Part shown: positions 53,586 to 61,609 of the stretch, one piece after another
Layout: every line of letters starts with the position of its first letter
How positions within the stretch are numbered: position 1 is the first letter of the stretch
Source: Dehalococcoidia bacterium
GTDB taxonomy: Bacteria > Chloroflexota > Dehalococcoidia > Lucifugimonadales > UBA3495
Length of the DNA: 64,000 nt
NCBI GenBank assembly: GCA_034423115.1
Contig: DAOUJD010000033.1
Span: 1,696-65,695, forward strand
Direction: 5' to 3'
The notes under the pieces: generated by a model
The model's input: the letters and a program-made list of their open reading frames with translations, nothing else
Databases searched by the model: none
Told to the model about the DNA's origin: nothing
Position numbers and translations under genes: made by a program

Positions 53586-53918
53586 CTAGCGCGCGGGGGC
53601 GGGTAGGTCCCAGCGGAGGAATTTGTGGTAGCGGTCGCCGTCAATCCAGGGAAGGAGGTTGATGACGATGTCTTCAGGGTGAGGGACGTCCTCCTGTCGT
53701 CGGGCATTGTCCAGGCAGTGGCGAAGGTTACCGAAGGTGGGGAGGCGGCAGCCGGCCTTGACGAAGCGCTCGATGACTTCGGCGGGTTCGGGAGGTTGGT
53801 CGGGGTCCCATTCGTCGCTGACGGCTTCAGCGATGCGTCGGAGCTTGATGATGGTGAGTTCGAGGGCGAACCTGCGCTTGAGGACGTTGATGCGGCGCCG
53901 GATTTGGGAGATGGTCAT
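53586..53918 (-). CDS. hypothetical 110-aa protein, copy B of the duplicated gene
   Basis: See 40990..41322. Confidence 0.65.
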   Translation of the reverse strand: MTISQIRRRINVLKRRFALELTIIKLRRIAEAVSDEWDPDQPPEPAEVIERFVKAGCRLPTFGNLRHCLDNARRQEDVPHPEDIVINLLPWIDGDRYHKFLRWDLPAPAR

Positions 53919-54290
53919 GGATTACCTCGGCGGGGGGAATTGTCATGGATGAAGGGGATGGGCAGGATGGGGGATTGGGATGGGATGGTGGAGATTTTTG
54001 GGAAATCCCGCTCGTTTCCGCTCATTTCTGTTCATTTGAGTAGGGCTGGGATGTGTGATTGGGGGTAAATGGTGGCGGTTTGGGTTGTTTTGGGGGTGAT
54101 ATTGGTGGTTTTGGCGGGCAGATGAGCGGGTTTCGGTGAGCGATGTTTACGGTGTTTGGACGTGGGCATGGCACGGCTCGCGATCTGGGTGACGGGTTGG
54201 ATTTGGTGTATTGGTTAAATGGTAAGGATGGGTGAAAGGTGGGGGCAAGGGGGAAGTGTCATTGGCAGCGGGAAAGGGCAGAGAGGGGAT
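53586..54290 (-). repeat. right arm of the long inverted repeat
   Basis: Its reverse complement shares CCCTACTCAAAT(A/G)AAC(G/A)GAAATGAGCGGAAA(T/C)GAGCGGGATTTC and TGACACTTCCCCCTTGCCCC...CCATCCTTACCATT with the left arm. Confidence 0.7.
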
Positions 54291-54435
54291 TTCCTGGAGA
54301 ATCGAAAGGCTGTGATGCGACCCGCAGCGTATCGCCGAGGAACCTGGGACACGTTGACGTTCAGCTCTTGAACTTGTTGAATCCGATTGAAGCCTGCCAT
54401 CCTGTCGTCGTGGGCAGACACGTCAACGTGGGCTT

Positions 54436-55023
54436 TCAGTAGGTCATGGGCTCCTCTACTGCTACCGTCGCGGCTTCGCGAGGTATGCCTATTCCCTCAA
54501 GAAACGTGTAAACGTCTTCGACGTCCCACTCGCTGGACACCCCGATGTAGAGCTTGTTTATGCCTTCGTGCAGGTCGATCATATGCACCCCGTCCTGATC
54601 CCATATACCCTCCGACTGCATCAGGTCATACCACTCCGAAAGCTGGGTGATGGTGTAATCGCCCTTGATCACGTTCAGTTTCAAGCCCGACTGGGGATCA
54701 AGCAGTTCTTCAAGGGCTTCTCGATCCTTTTCCCATTGTTCGGGGTCGTTCTTGTCGTCTGCGATGTAGATGTTGAGGACGGTTGCTCTCCTGGAAAGGA
54801 AAACGCCGCCGAACCCGGGATTTTTGCTGGCAGCACTGATCAGGCGGCCTCTCATGTGCTCCCTGGAGAAAGACGGGTCCAGATTCTCGTAGATTGACCG
54901 GTCGTACCGCTGGTCGGTTGATTCGCCAGAGTTGCTGGACGGCCATAGGGACCACGCGAAGCCCACCACGGTCACCGCCAGGATGAGGAACCAAGTTATC
55001 GCTATGAGACGTTTCGATGCCAT
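54436..55023 (-). CDS. hypothetical exported protein
   Basis: N-terminal anchor/signal IAITWFLILAVTVVGFAW; GGAGGG RBS; AT-richer. Confidence 0.55.
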   Translation of the reverse strand: MASKRLIAITWFLILAVTVVGFAWSLWPSSNSGESTDQRYDRSIYENLDPSFSREHMRGRLISAASKNPGFGGVFLSRRATVLNIYIADDKNDPEQWEKDREALEELLDPQSGLKLNVIKGDYTITQLSEWYDLMQSEGIWDQDGVHMIDLHEGINKLYIGVSSEWDVEDVYTFLEGIGIPREAATVAVEEPMTY

Positions 55024-55371
55024 TGCATCACCCTCCATAGCTCGGACAGAAGGGGTTGTTCCAGTGGGGATTGTTTACACGACCAGACATGCGCATGCGG
55101 CCGGTTCTCCCGCATCCAAGCTACGATCGAGAGGCTGACGGTAAATCCTCTTAACGCCCTCCGGTTGACGCGTTCCGGCCGCGCAGGCTGCGTATGGGAG
55201 ATTCTGTTGCTGAGTGGTCGAAGGCATCGTTCCAAAAAACCGAAAGGCGTGCCCGCGCCCGCGCCGGTTCGGATGCGGTCGAGTTCCGCCGCCGTTGACT
55301 CCTGTTGCCTTGACATACCGCTACCCCTGTAACAGAATATCGCCATCCCAACCCCGCACAGGAACGAGAGT

Positions 55372-56166
55372 ATGACAACAGTTCAGAACGGTTCTCTGAC
55401 TACCGTGAATGTCAACGGTACTGCCGTCGAAATGTATTCGGGCGGCAATGGCCCGCCACTGGTCTTCTTCCACGGCGCCGGCGGCTCCAACGGGTGGCAG
55501 CCGTACCACGAAGACCTGTCGGCCGAGTACACCGTATTTGTTCCCAGCCAGCCTGGCTTCAACGGCACCGAAGCGCCCGGGTGGATCAAGACCATCAGCG
55601 ACGTAGCCCATTTCAATCACATGTTCATCGACGCGCTGGGTCTGCAGGACATCGTTCTGATGGGTTCGTCGATGGGCGGTTGGGTGTCCGCTGAAATGGC
55701 GGCGATGGACGACCACAACATCAACGCCCTGATACTGGTGGACGCGGCCGGAATCAAGCCGCGACAGGGCGAGATCGCAGAGATCTTCATGGTTTCCGCC
55801 GACACCCGCCTGAAGCAGCGATTCCACGACCCCAGCCAGGTGCCGAACTACGAGAACTACACTCGCGAGCTGAGCCCTGAAGAGCAGTTGGTGGTGCACT
55901 CCAACGCCATCACGGCGTCGCAACTGTGCTGGAAGCCCTACCTGCACAACCCCAGCCTGCCACACACCCTGTCCCGCGTGGAGACGCCCACGCTCATCGT
56001 GTGGGGCCGCGAGGATGCCATCATTCCGGTGGAGTGCGGGCACCTGTTCCAGCAGGCGATCCAGGGCAGCCAACTGCGCATCATCGACAACTGCGGACAC
56101 TCCCCTGCCGTGGAAAAGCGCGGCGAATTCGTGGCCGCCGTCAGCGGGTTCCTGAACAGCCTGTAG
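55372..56166 (+). CDS. alpha/beta hydrolase
   Basis: FFHGAGG, nucleophile elbow GSSMGG, C-terminal GHSP. Confidence 0.85.
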   Translation: MTTVQNGSLTTVNVNGTAVEMYSGGNGPPLVFFHGAGGSNGWQPYHEDLSAEYTVFVPSQPGFNGTEAPGWIKTISDVAHFNHMFIDALGLQDIVLMGSSMGGWVSAEMAAMDDHNINALILVDAAGIKPRQGEIAEIFMVSADTRLKQRFHDPSQVPNYENYTRELSPEEQLVVHSNAITASQLCWKPYLHNPSLPHTLSRVETPTLIVWGREDAIIPVECGHLFQQAIQGSQLRIIDNCGHSPAVEKRGEFVAAVSGFLNSL

Positions 56167-56190
56167 ATTCCCATTTTCTGACCCTTTTCG

Positions 56191-56260
56191 CGGTCATCCT
56201 GAGCCTGTCGAAGGATGACATGGCAAGCGGCACATGGTTCGACAGGCTCACCATGAGCGG
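56191..56260. repeat. REP palindrome (family A core without the termini)
   Basis: CGGTCATCCTGAGCCTGTCGAAGGA ... GGTTCGACAGGCTCACCATGAGCGG. Confidence 0.65.
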
Positions 56261-56286
56261 ATGAAGACGAAAAAGGAGCGAATATC

Positions 56287-57438
56287 ATGGCGCATCAACT
56301 CGAAGTATTCTGGTTCTCAGAGCAACCCTACGGCCACGTTACCGAAGACGACCTGGCGCCTTACGAATCCGGTCGGATGCACTTCCCCAACACGTACTTC
56401 GATCCGGAGAAGGCGCACGTCCTGTACTCCAATTACCACGACCAGTACCAGTTGGCCGACGAGGTTGGTTTCGACGGGATCATGTCCAATGAGCACCACA
56501 GCTCCTACTGGTGCATGAAGCCGTCGGTGAACGTGGACGCCGCGGTCATCACGCAGCGAACGAAGAACGCCAAGATCGCGATGCTGGGCAACGTGATCGC
56601 GGTGAACGATCCGGTGAAGATGGCCGAAGAGATCGCCATGCTGGACTGCATCAGCGGCGGCCGGATCATCTCCGGTTTCGTGCGGGGCACGGCTGTTGAA
56701 ACGCTGCACGCCGGCTACCCGCCCACCGAGAACCGCCCCCGCTTCGAGGAGGCGCACGACCTGATCGTCAAGTGCTGGACCGAGCCCGGCCCCTTCCGCT
56801 GGGAGGGCGAGTACTGGCCCCACCGCATGGTGAACCCGTGGGTGGTTCCGATCCAGAAGCCGCATCCGCCGGTCTGGTTCCCCGGCACGGGCAGCCCCGA
56901 GTCGGTGATCTGGGCGGCGAAGCACCGCTACCCGTACATGAACCTGGGCTCGCTGCTGGACCTTACCAAGCAGCTCAAGGGCATCTACCACGAGACCGCC
57001 GCCGAGGAGGGCTACGAGGCTGGGCCCGAGCACTTCGGGTACCTGATCCGCTGCCTGGTGGCGGACACCGACGAGCGGGCGCAGGAGATTGGCCGGACGT
57101 TCCTGTGGACCGAGAACCACCGGAACCGCGGGCCGATGGAGTTCAACGACCCGCCGGGTTACCAGTCCCGTGAGGCATTGCGCATCAAGATGTCGCGGCC
57201 GTTGATCGGCACGGGCACCATGGGTCGGCGGATGTCCTACGAGGACCTGCAGGATGCCTACAACATCATCGTGGGCAGCCCCGAAACCGTTACGGAGAAG
57301 CTGCGGCACATCCGTCGGGACCTTGAGCCCGGCTACATCCTGATCTACGGCAACGAGGGCCACATGCCTCACGAGGACGTGATGCGCTCCGTGGAGTTGC
57401 TGGGTACCAGGGTGATACCGGCGCTGAAGGAAGGGTAA
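56287..57438 (+). CDS. LLM-class flavin-dependent oxidoreductase (luciferase-like monooxygenase)
   Basis: FDGIMSNEHH, typical LLM length and layout; AAGGAG RBS. Confidence 0.8.
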   Translation: MAHQLEVFWFSEQPYGHVTEDDLAPYESGRMHFPNTYFDPEKAHVLYSNYHDQYQLADEVGFDGIMSNEHHSSYWCMKPSVNVDAAVITQRTKNAKIAMLGNVIAVNDPVKMAEEIAMLDCISGGRIISGFVRGTAVETLHAGYPPTENRPRFEEAHDLIVKCWTEPGPFRWEGEYWPHRMVNPWVVPIQKPHPPVWFPGTGSPESVIWAAKHRYPYMNLGSLLDLTKQLKGIYHETAAEEGYEAGPEHFGYLIRCLVADTDERAQEIGRTFLWTENHRNRGPMEFNDPPGYQSREALRIKMSRPLIGTGTMGRRMSYEDLQDAYNIIVGSPETVTEKLRHIRRDLEPGYILIYGNEGHMPHEDVMRSVELLGTRVIPALKEG

Positions 57439-57694
57439 CTCTCAAATTCGCTTCACTGGCGATTCGCAGGGGCGGGACGTGTCTCTCGCCCCTGTTAGTT
57501 TGTGCCTGCGTGTTACACTAGTCTCCGACCGCGGAGCAGAAAACGACATGACAACTTCCGTCCAACTCTCGGCTGAAACAGAGGAACGCCTCGAGTTTCT
57601 GGTTTCGGAAACCGGCCTCACCAAGTCTTCCATCCTTCAAGAGATTATCGAGCGTGGGTTAGACGACGTTGAGGACTATTACCTCGCGGTAGTA

Positions 57695-58201
57695 TCAACG
57701 TCGGTAGATATTGAGTTTTTCTTCCTGTTGCCAGCAGACCAGGGCCAGGGAGTACACCAGCATCTCCACACTCTTGGTGTATCCTTTGGTCCGTCGCATC
57801 AACCGGTTCAACTTGCCCCGCCATACCGAATGCAACCCTTCATTCCAGTTCACTGACCCACCCTTGCCAACCACGTGCCGATCCGGGGGCAACCATCCCA
57901 AGTACACTGGGTAAGCGTCGCTGCGGTACAGCTCTGCCTCAGGCAGCCTTTCGTATAACCGCAAGAAGGGCGCTTCACTGCGGTCGCCCACTTCAAAGTC
58001 CACCCAGCGACCACCGTCCGACTCCCCTACCACCGCTGTCCAGACCCAGCAGTCCTCCCGCTTCTGCCCGCGTCTGACCCCCCGATAGGTCCACATTTCA
58101 TCACACGACACCACCAGGGAGGGCTGTCGCCCTCTCCTTCCCTGGGTGCGCTGTTCACCGCGCTCCCGCAGTCGCCTCAGCGCCCGCTGTCCCCCTTTTT
58201 C
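57695..58201 (-). CDS. insB: IS1 InsB-like DDE transposase segment, reached by a -1 frameshift from insA
   Basis: SCDEMWTY ... YRSDAYPVY ... transposase body in the -1 frame; A5G run (GAAAAAG, 58195-58201) near the end of insA. Confidence 0.7.
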   Translation of the reverse strand, partial: EKGGQRALRRLRERGEQRTQGRRGRQPSLVVSCDEMWTYRGVRRGQKREDCWVWTAVVGESDGGRWVDFEVGDRSEAPFLRLYERLPEAELYRSDAYPVYLGWLPPDRHVVGKGGSVNWNEGLHSVWRGKLNRLMRRTKGYTKSVEMLVYSLALVCWQQEEKLNIYRR

Positions 58202-58470
58202 ACCCACTGGCTGACCGCCTGGGTACTGTATCCCAACACCCGCCCGATGGCGCTCAGGCTGCTCCCTTCCGTCCGCCTCCGGCGGATGGTTAGGGCTCGC
58301 TCCTTCACCCCAGCCGCAGGACGCCGATACGCCCCTGCCGGCAGATAGCGACGCTGGCAGTCGCCACAGCAGTACCGTTGCTTCCCCCCGGAGAACCCGT
58401 CCTTGCGCATCCAGTTGGAGCCGCAATCGGGACAGCGAACGTCGTGTCGATAAACTCGGGCCCGCACCAT
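58177..58470 (-). CDS. insA: IS1 InsA-like protein (zinc finger plus HTH)
   Basis: CPDCGS...CCGDCQRRY zinc finger; GGGGAGG RBS before ATG 58470. Confidence 0.75.
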   Translation of the reverse strand: MVRARVYRHDVRCPDCGSNWMRKDGFSGGKQRYCCGDCQRRYLPAGAYRRPAAGVKERALTIRRRRTEGSSLSAIGRVLGYSTQAVSQWVKKGDSGR

Positions 58471-58616
58471 CCTCTTGCCTCCCCATTTTCCTGCTGCAAC
58501 TGATTGTAAACCAATCACCACTTATGTTGATAATACCTACCTCGCTGTCCAAGTTCTTGAACGTGTCCGCTCTGGTCAAGAGCGCGTATTTTCATCCGAC
58601 GAGGTGAGACGCGACC

Positions 58617-58661
58617 TTGGCCTGGACGGTTGAGTATTCTGCTACGGCCATTACTGGTTAG
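58617..58661 (+). pseudogene. 14-codon remnant of a RelE/ParE-type toxin gene
   Basis: TTG-AWTVEYSATAITG* overlaps the antitoxin stop as in RelBE operons and is cut off where a REP hairpin begins. Confidence 0.4.
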
Positions 58662-58682
58662 GGGCGAATGATCATTCGCCCC
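58661..58682. terminator. REP-C hairpin
   Basis: GGGGCGAATGATCATTCGCCCC (perfect palindrome). Confidence 0.45.
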
Positions 58683-58778
58683 CAATACGTTCCAGGATGC
58701 TTCGTCGCGGCTACTTGCCGTTGCGCTGTTGAGAGCCATCAGAGTCGGTTGAACCGGAGTCAACCCATGGGCCGGGTT

Positions 58779-59915
58779 CTACTCCTCCGTGATGACAACC
58801 GCCACGCCATCTTGCACCGCCCGCTGGCGATTGGCGTCGGATATGGCAGTTCCGATGACGACAGCCCTGGAGGCGGTATCGCTGGCGCGTTGCAGTATTC
58901 GAGACCGGCTGCGGGCGCGGTCAACATCATCGTCGTCGATAGTGATTGATACTTCAGCTACGGCATAAACCGATTCGCCGGCGGGTGTCAAACCAGTCAG
59001 GATCAAGTCGGTGCGTTCAAGCTCGTCAGATTCCTCGTCACTGATCGCCCCGCTCTCCGTGGCCTGATCCAATAGTTCATGTATGTTGACGCTCACGCGG
59101 TCAGCGACGGTGATGCCATACACCACGTTGACTTGCCGCAAATCCAGGTGGCGGCGAGCGACGCGGGGGGCTCTTCTGGCCACCTTCCGTTCATAGTCGG
59201 TGCCCGTCAAGTTGTTGAGCTGTCCCTGCATGCGATCCTGGGTTGCCTGCATGCGATCCTGAGAGGCTTGCATTTGGTCCTGAGAGGCTTGCATGCGATC
59301 CTGGCTGGTCTGCATACGCTCAAGGTCGGTCTGCATGCGCTCCTGGGTGGACTGCATGCGCGCCTGGGTGTCTTTGAGTTCGGCAACGTCTGCCTTCACC
59401 TCCACCATGCCACCCTTCAGTTCCGCAACGTCTGCCTTCACCTCCACCATGTCGCCCTTCAGTTCCGCAACGTCTGCCTTCACCTCCGCCATGTCGCCCT
59501 TCAGTTCCGCAACGTCTGCCTTCACCCCCGCCATGTCGCCCTTCAGTTCCGCAATGTCGCCTTCCATACGAGCTTGAATCTCTCGTATTTCCTGTACGCT
59601 CGCTTCCAGCCGGGCTTGCGAAGCCTTGAGTTCGGCCAGGTCTGACTCAACACGGTCCAGGCGTTCAACTGTATTGGTGATCACCCGGCTACTGACGAGC
59701 GCATAGCTTGCGATTTGCTCAGTGGTATCCCTGAGCGTTGATGCCAACTCCGTCAGCCGATCCTGAACCTGGACCAGCAACTCACCCTGCTGCTGGACGA
59801 CGGCGGGCAGTCGCTGGAGTTCCTGCCCCAGCACGTGACTCCGCATCGCCTCCTGGAGCTCCGGGTTCTGCTCCATAGCGGACAGGATGTCAGAGAATTC
59901 GTTGATGGTAGCCAT
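58779..59915 (-). CDS. coiled-coil repeat protein with C-terminal PD-(D/E)xK-like domain
   Basis: VKADVAELKGDM(A/V)E x4, MQ(A/T)SQDR-type heptads x7, then DLILTG...YAVAEVSITIDDDDVDRA...AVVIGTAISD. Confidence 0.65.
   Translation of the reverse strand: MATINEFSDILSAMEQNPELQEAMRSHVLGQELQRLPAVVQQQGELLVQVQDRLTELASTLRDTTEQIASYALVSSRVITNTVERLDRVESDLAELKASQARLEASVQEIREIQARMEGDIAELKGDMAGVKADVAELKGDMAEVKADVAELKGDMVEVKADVAELKGGMVEVKADVAELKDTQARMQSTQERMQTDLERMQTSQDRMQASQDQMQASQDRMQATQDRMQGQLNNLTGTDYERKVARRAPRVARRHLDLRQVNVVYGITVADRVSVNIHELLDQATESGAISDEESDELERTDLILTGLTPAGESVYAVAEVSITIDDDDVDRARSRSRILQRASDTASRAVVIGTAISDANRQRAVQDGVAVVITEE
59226..59372. repeat. seven tandem 21-nt units inside the coiled-coil gene
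   Basis: CTGCATGCGATCCTG(N6) period 21, in frame. Confidence 0.85.
59388..59555. repeat. four tandem 42-nt units inside the coiled-coil gene
   Basis: GTCTGCCTTCACCTCCACCATGTCGCCCTTCAGTTCCGCAAC starting at 59388, 59430, 59472, 59514. Confidence 0.9.
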
Positions 59916-59990
59916 GATGCGGGTGGGTTCCGGATTCGCCGGTGGTTACCAGTCTATTGTGCCATAAACATGGCAAGACAGACAGTTGAA

Positions 59991-60011
59991 GGGCGGGTGT
60001 GAAACCCGCCC
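59991..60011. terminator. GC hairpin between same-strand genes
   Basis: GGGCGGGT gtgaa ACCCGCCC. Confidence 0.45.
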
Positions 60012-60037
60012 CCTATATCGTTCCGGAACAGCCTCGG

Positions 60038-61342
60038 CTACTTCCCGTTGCGCTGCTGGGAGCCGTCGGGGTAGAGATCGTCCCAGAGGGCGTCGCGCCA
60101 GTCCACGCCGACGGGCAGGATGGCCTGGGCCGGGCGCAGCATGTAGTAGTTGTCGCCGGCGCCGGGCGGGGTTCCGCCCTCGGCAACGGTGCGGGTCGCC
60201 TGTAGCAGTTGGCGGCGGGCGTAGATGATGGCCATGTCGGTGCGACTGAGGTTTTCGCGGGTGCGGTCGACGATGTGGCCCATGCTTTCCTGCACGGCCA
60301 CATCCTGAGCGTTCACGCCGTCGATGCCGCTGAACGTCTCGGTCTTCTGCACGGCGCGGTCGATCATCCAGTTGTTGTCGCGGTTGACCCTGGTGCGGAA
60401 GCTGTCGAGCATGTGCTCGGGGCCGCGCCCGTAGCTGCGGTCCATGTCCACCCGTTCCTGGGTATCGATGGGGTCGTCGTAGGATAGGTCCCAGTTCCAG
60501 ACCATGACGCTGTTGTCGTCCATGGGGACCCACATGTGGCCGGAGGCGAGGAATCCCACGGGCCCTGGCCGGCCGCGATATCCGCGCTGACTGGCGCGGA
60601 TCTGGTGGAAGGGCATGATGAAGTGGTACGCGCGGACGTGGTTGCCCTCGTCGCCCAGCGAGCGGATGCCGGCGTAGCGGTAGCCGTAGTCGGTGATGTC
60701 CACCTCCAGTTCCGGCGGCTTTCCCTGCACGTGGGGAGAGTCGATGCGCAGGCCGGCGTGCTTGGTGTCGGTGCGCAGCGTGCGGTGCAGGATGGTGGCG
60801 TGGGCAGAGTCGATGCCGCCCTCGAGGGCCTGGAGCCAGTTGCACTCCTGGATGTTCTTGGTTACGTGGCGGTGGGTGTCCGGCACGGCGGCCCACTCGA
60901 ACTTGGGAGCCGGCGGCATATGCTCTTTCGGGCCCATGTAGGCCCAGATGACGCCGCCCATCTCGATGGTCGGGTAGGCGGTGGTGGTCATCTTGGAGGG
61001 GAAATCGCTGTCGGCCGGCTCGTTCATCATGTCGGTGCACTGGCCGTTCACGTCGAACTTCCAGCCGTGATACACGCAGCGCAGGCCGCACTCCTCGTTG
61101 CGCCCCAGCCACAGCGACACCAGCCGATGAGGGCAAAGCTCTTCCAGCAGGCCGATGCGGCCGTCGGTGTCGCGGAATGCGACCAGTTGCTCGCCCAGGA
61201 GTTTCACCCGAACCGGCTCGCCGTCGGGCTCGGCCAGTTCCCAGGACAGCAGGGCGGGCATCCAATAGCGGCGCATCAAATCGCCCATTGGGGTACCGGG
61301 GCCGACCTGGGTCAGCGCGATGTTATCTGCCTGCGAAATCAT
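60038..61342 (-). CDS. Rieske (2Fe-2S) ring-hydroxylating oxygenase, alpha subunit
   Basis: CPHR-x16-CVYHGW Rieske motif; AGGAGG RBS. Confidence 0.85.
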   Translation of the reverse strand: MISQADNIALTQVGPGTPMGDLMRRYWMPALLSWELAEPDGEPVRVKLLGEQLVAFRDTDGRIGLLEELCPHRLVSLWLGRNEECGLRCVYHGWKFDVNGQCTDMMNEPADSDFPSKMTTTAYPTIEMGGVIWAYMGPKEHMPPAPKFEWAAVPDTHRHVTKNIQECNWLQALEGGIDSAHATILHRTLRTDTKHAGLRIDSPHVQGKPPELEVDITDYGYRYAGIRSLGDEGNHVRAYHFIMPFHQIRASQRGYRGRPGPVGFLASGHMWVPMDDNSVMVWNWDLSYDDPIDTQERVDMDRSYGRGPEHMLDSFRTRVNRDNNWMIDRAVQKTETFSGIDGVNAQDVAVQESMGHIVDRTRENLSRTDMAIIYARRQLLQATRTVAEGGTPPGAGDNYYMLRPAQAILPVGVDWRDALWDDLYPDGSQQRNGK

Positions 61343-61483
61343 GGCGGCGTGTCCTCCTGTAATCCGGTTGGCCGGCGCGGGCCGATCATAGTTGCAGCGG
61401 GTTTGCCGGCATTATACAAAAATCGGCATGGCATGTATCCTTCCGCTCGGTTTCACTAGGGTCTTTACACAGGGGCCCAGCGC

Positions 61484-61544
61484 CCGTTCATGGTGAGCCT
61501 GTCGAACTATGGGCACCGTCCTTCGACAGGCTCAGGACGAGCGG
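61484..61544. repeat. REP palindrome (family A core)
   Basis: CCGTTCATGGTGAGCCTGTCGAA ... TTCGACAGGCTCAGGACGAGCGG. Confidence 0.65.
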
Positions 61545-61609
61545 AATGTTTGGATTTTGCGGCTTGGGGAATGCCCTGCGGTTTACCCTTTGGATGAGGT
61601 GGTTTACCC

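Larger units (their letters stand above)
57688..58537 (-). mobile_element. IS1-family insertion sequence (850 bp)
   Basis: Imperfect IRs GGTAGTATCAAC / GGTATTATCAAC (11 of the first 12 match); 8-bp target duplication TACCTCGC (57680-57687, 58538-58545); InsA-like and InsB-like ORFs in 0 and -1 frames. Confidence 0.85.
57548..58633 (+). pseudogene. ribbon-helix-helix (RelB/ParD-like) antitoxin gene split by an IS insertion
   Basis: MTTSVQLSAETEERLEFLV...DVEDYYLA | IS | [28 protein letters not shown]; the frame is restored when 57688-58545 is removed. Confidence 0.75.

Noticed and set aside
57695-58579. Full 294-aa ORF taken as a single transposase gene
   Set aside because: Its N-terminal third overlaps the InsA-like ORF in another frame and extends beyond the IS end (58537). 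The InsA plus -1 frameshift into InsB arrangement explains the sequence better.
59226-59555. Regular 21-nt and 42-nt periodicity considered as a possible CRISPR-like array
   Set aside because: The units are contiguous with no spacers, in frame, and encode heptad/14-mer coiled-coil repeats inside a long ORF. No cas genes are present.
59946-61459. Long ORFs 59946..61265 (-) and 60536..61459 (+) overlapping the Rieske oxygenase gene
   Set aside because: Both are low-complexity Arg/Pro/Gly-rich alternative or antisense frames. The frame 60038..61342 has the Rieske CxH...CxxH motif and an AGGAGG RBS.
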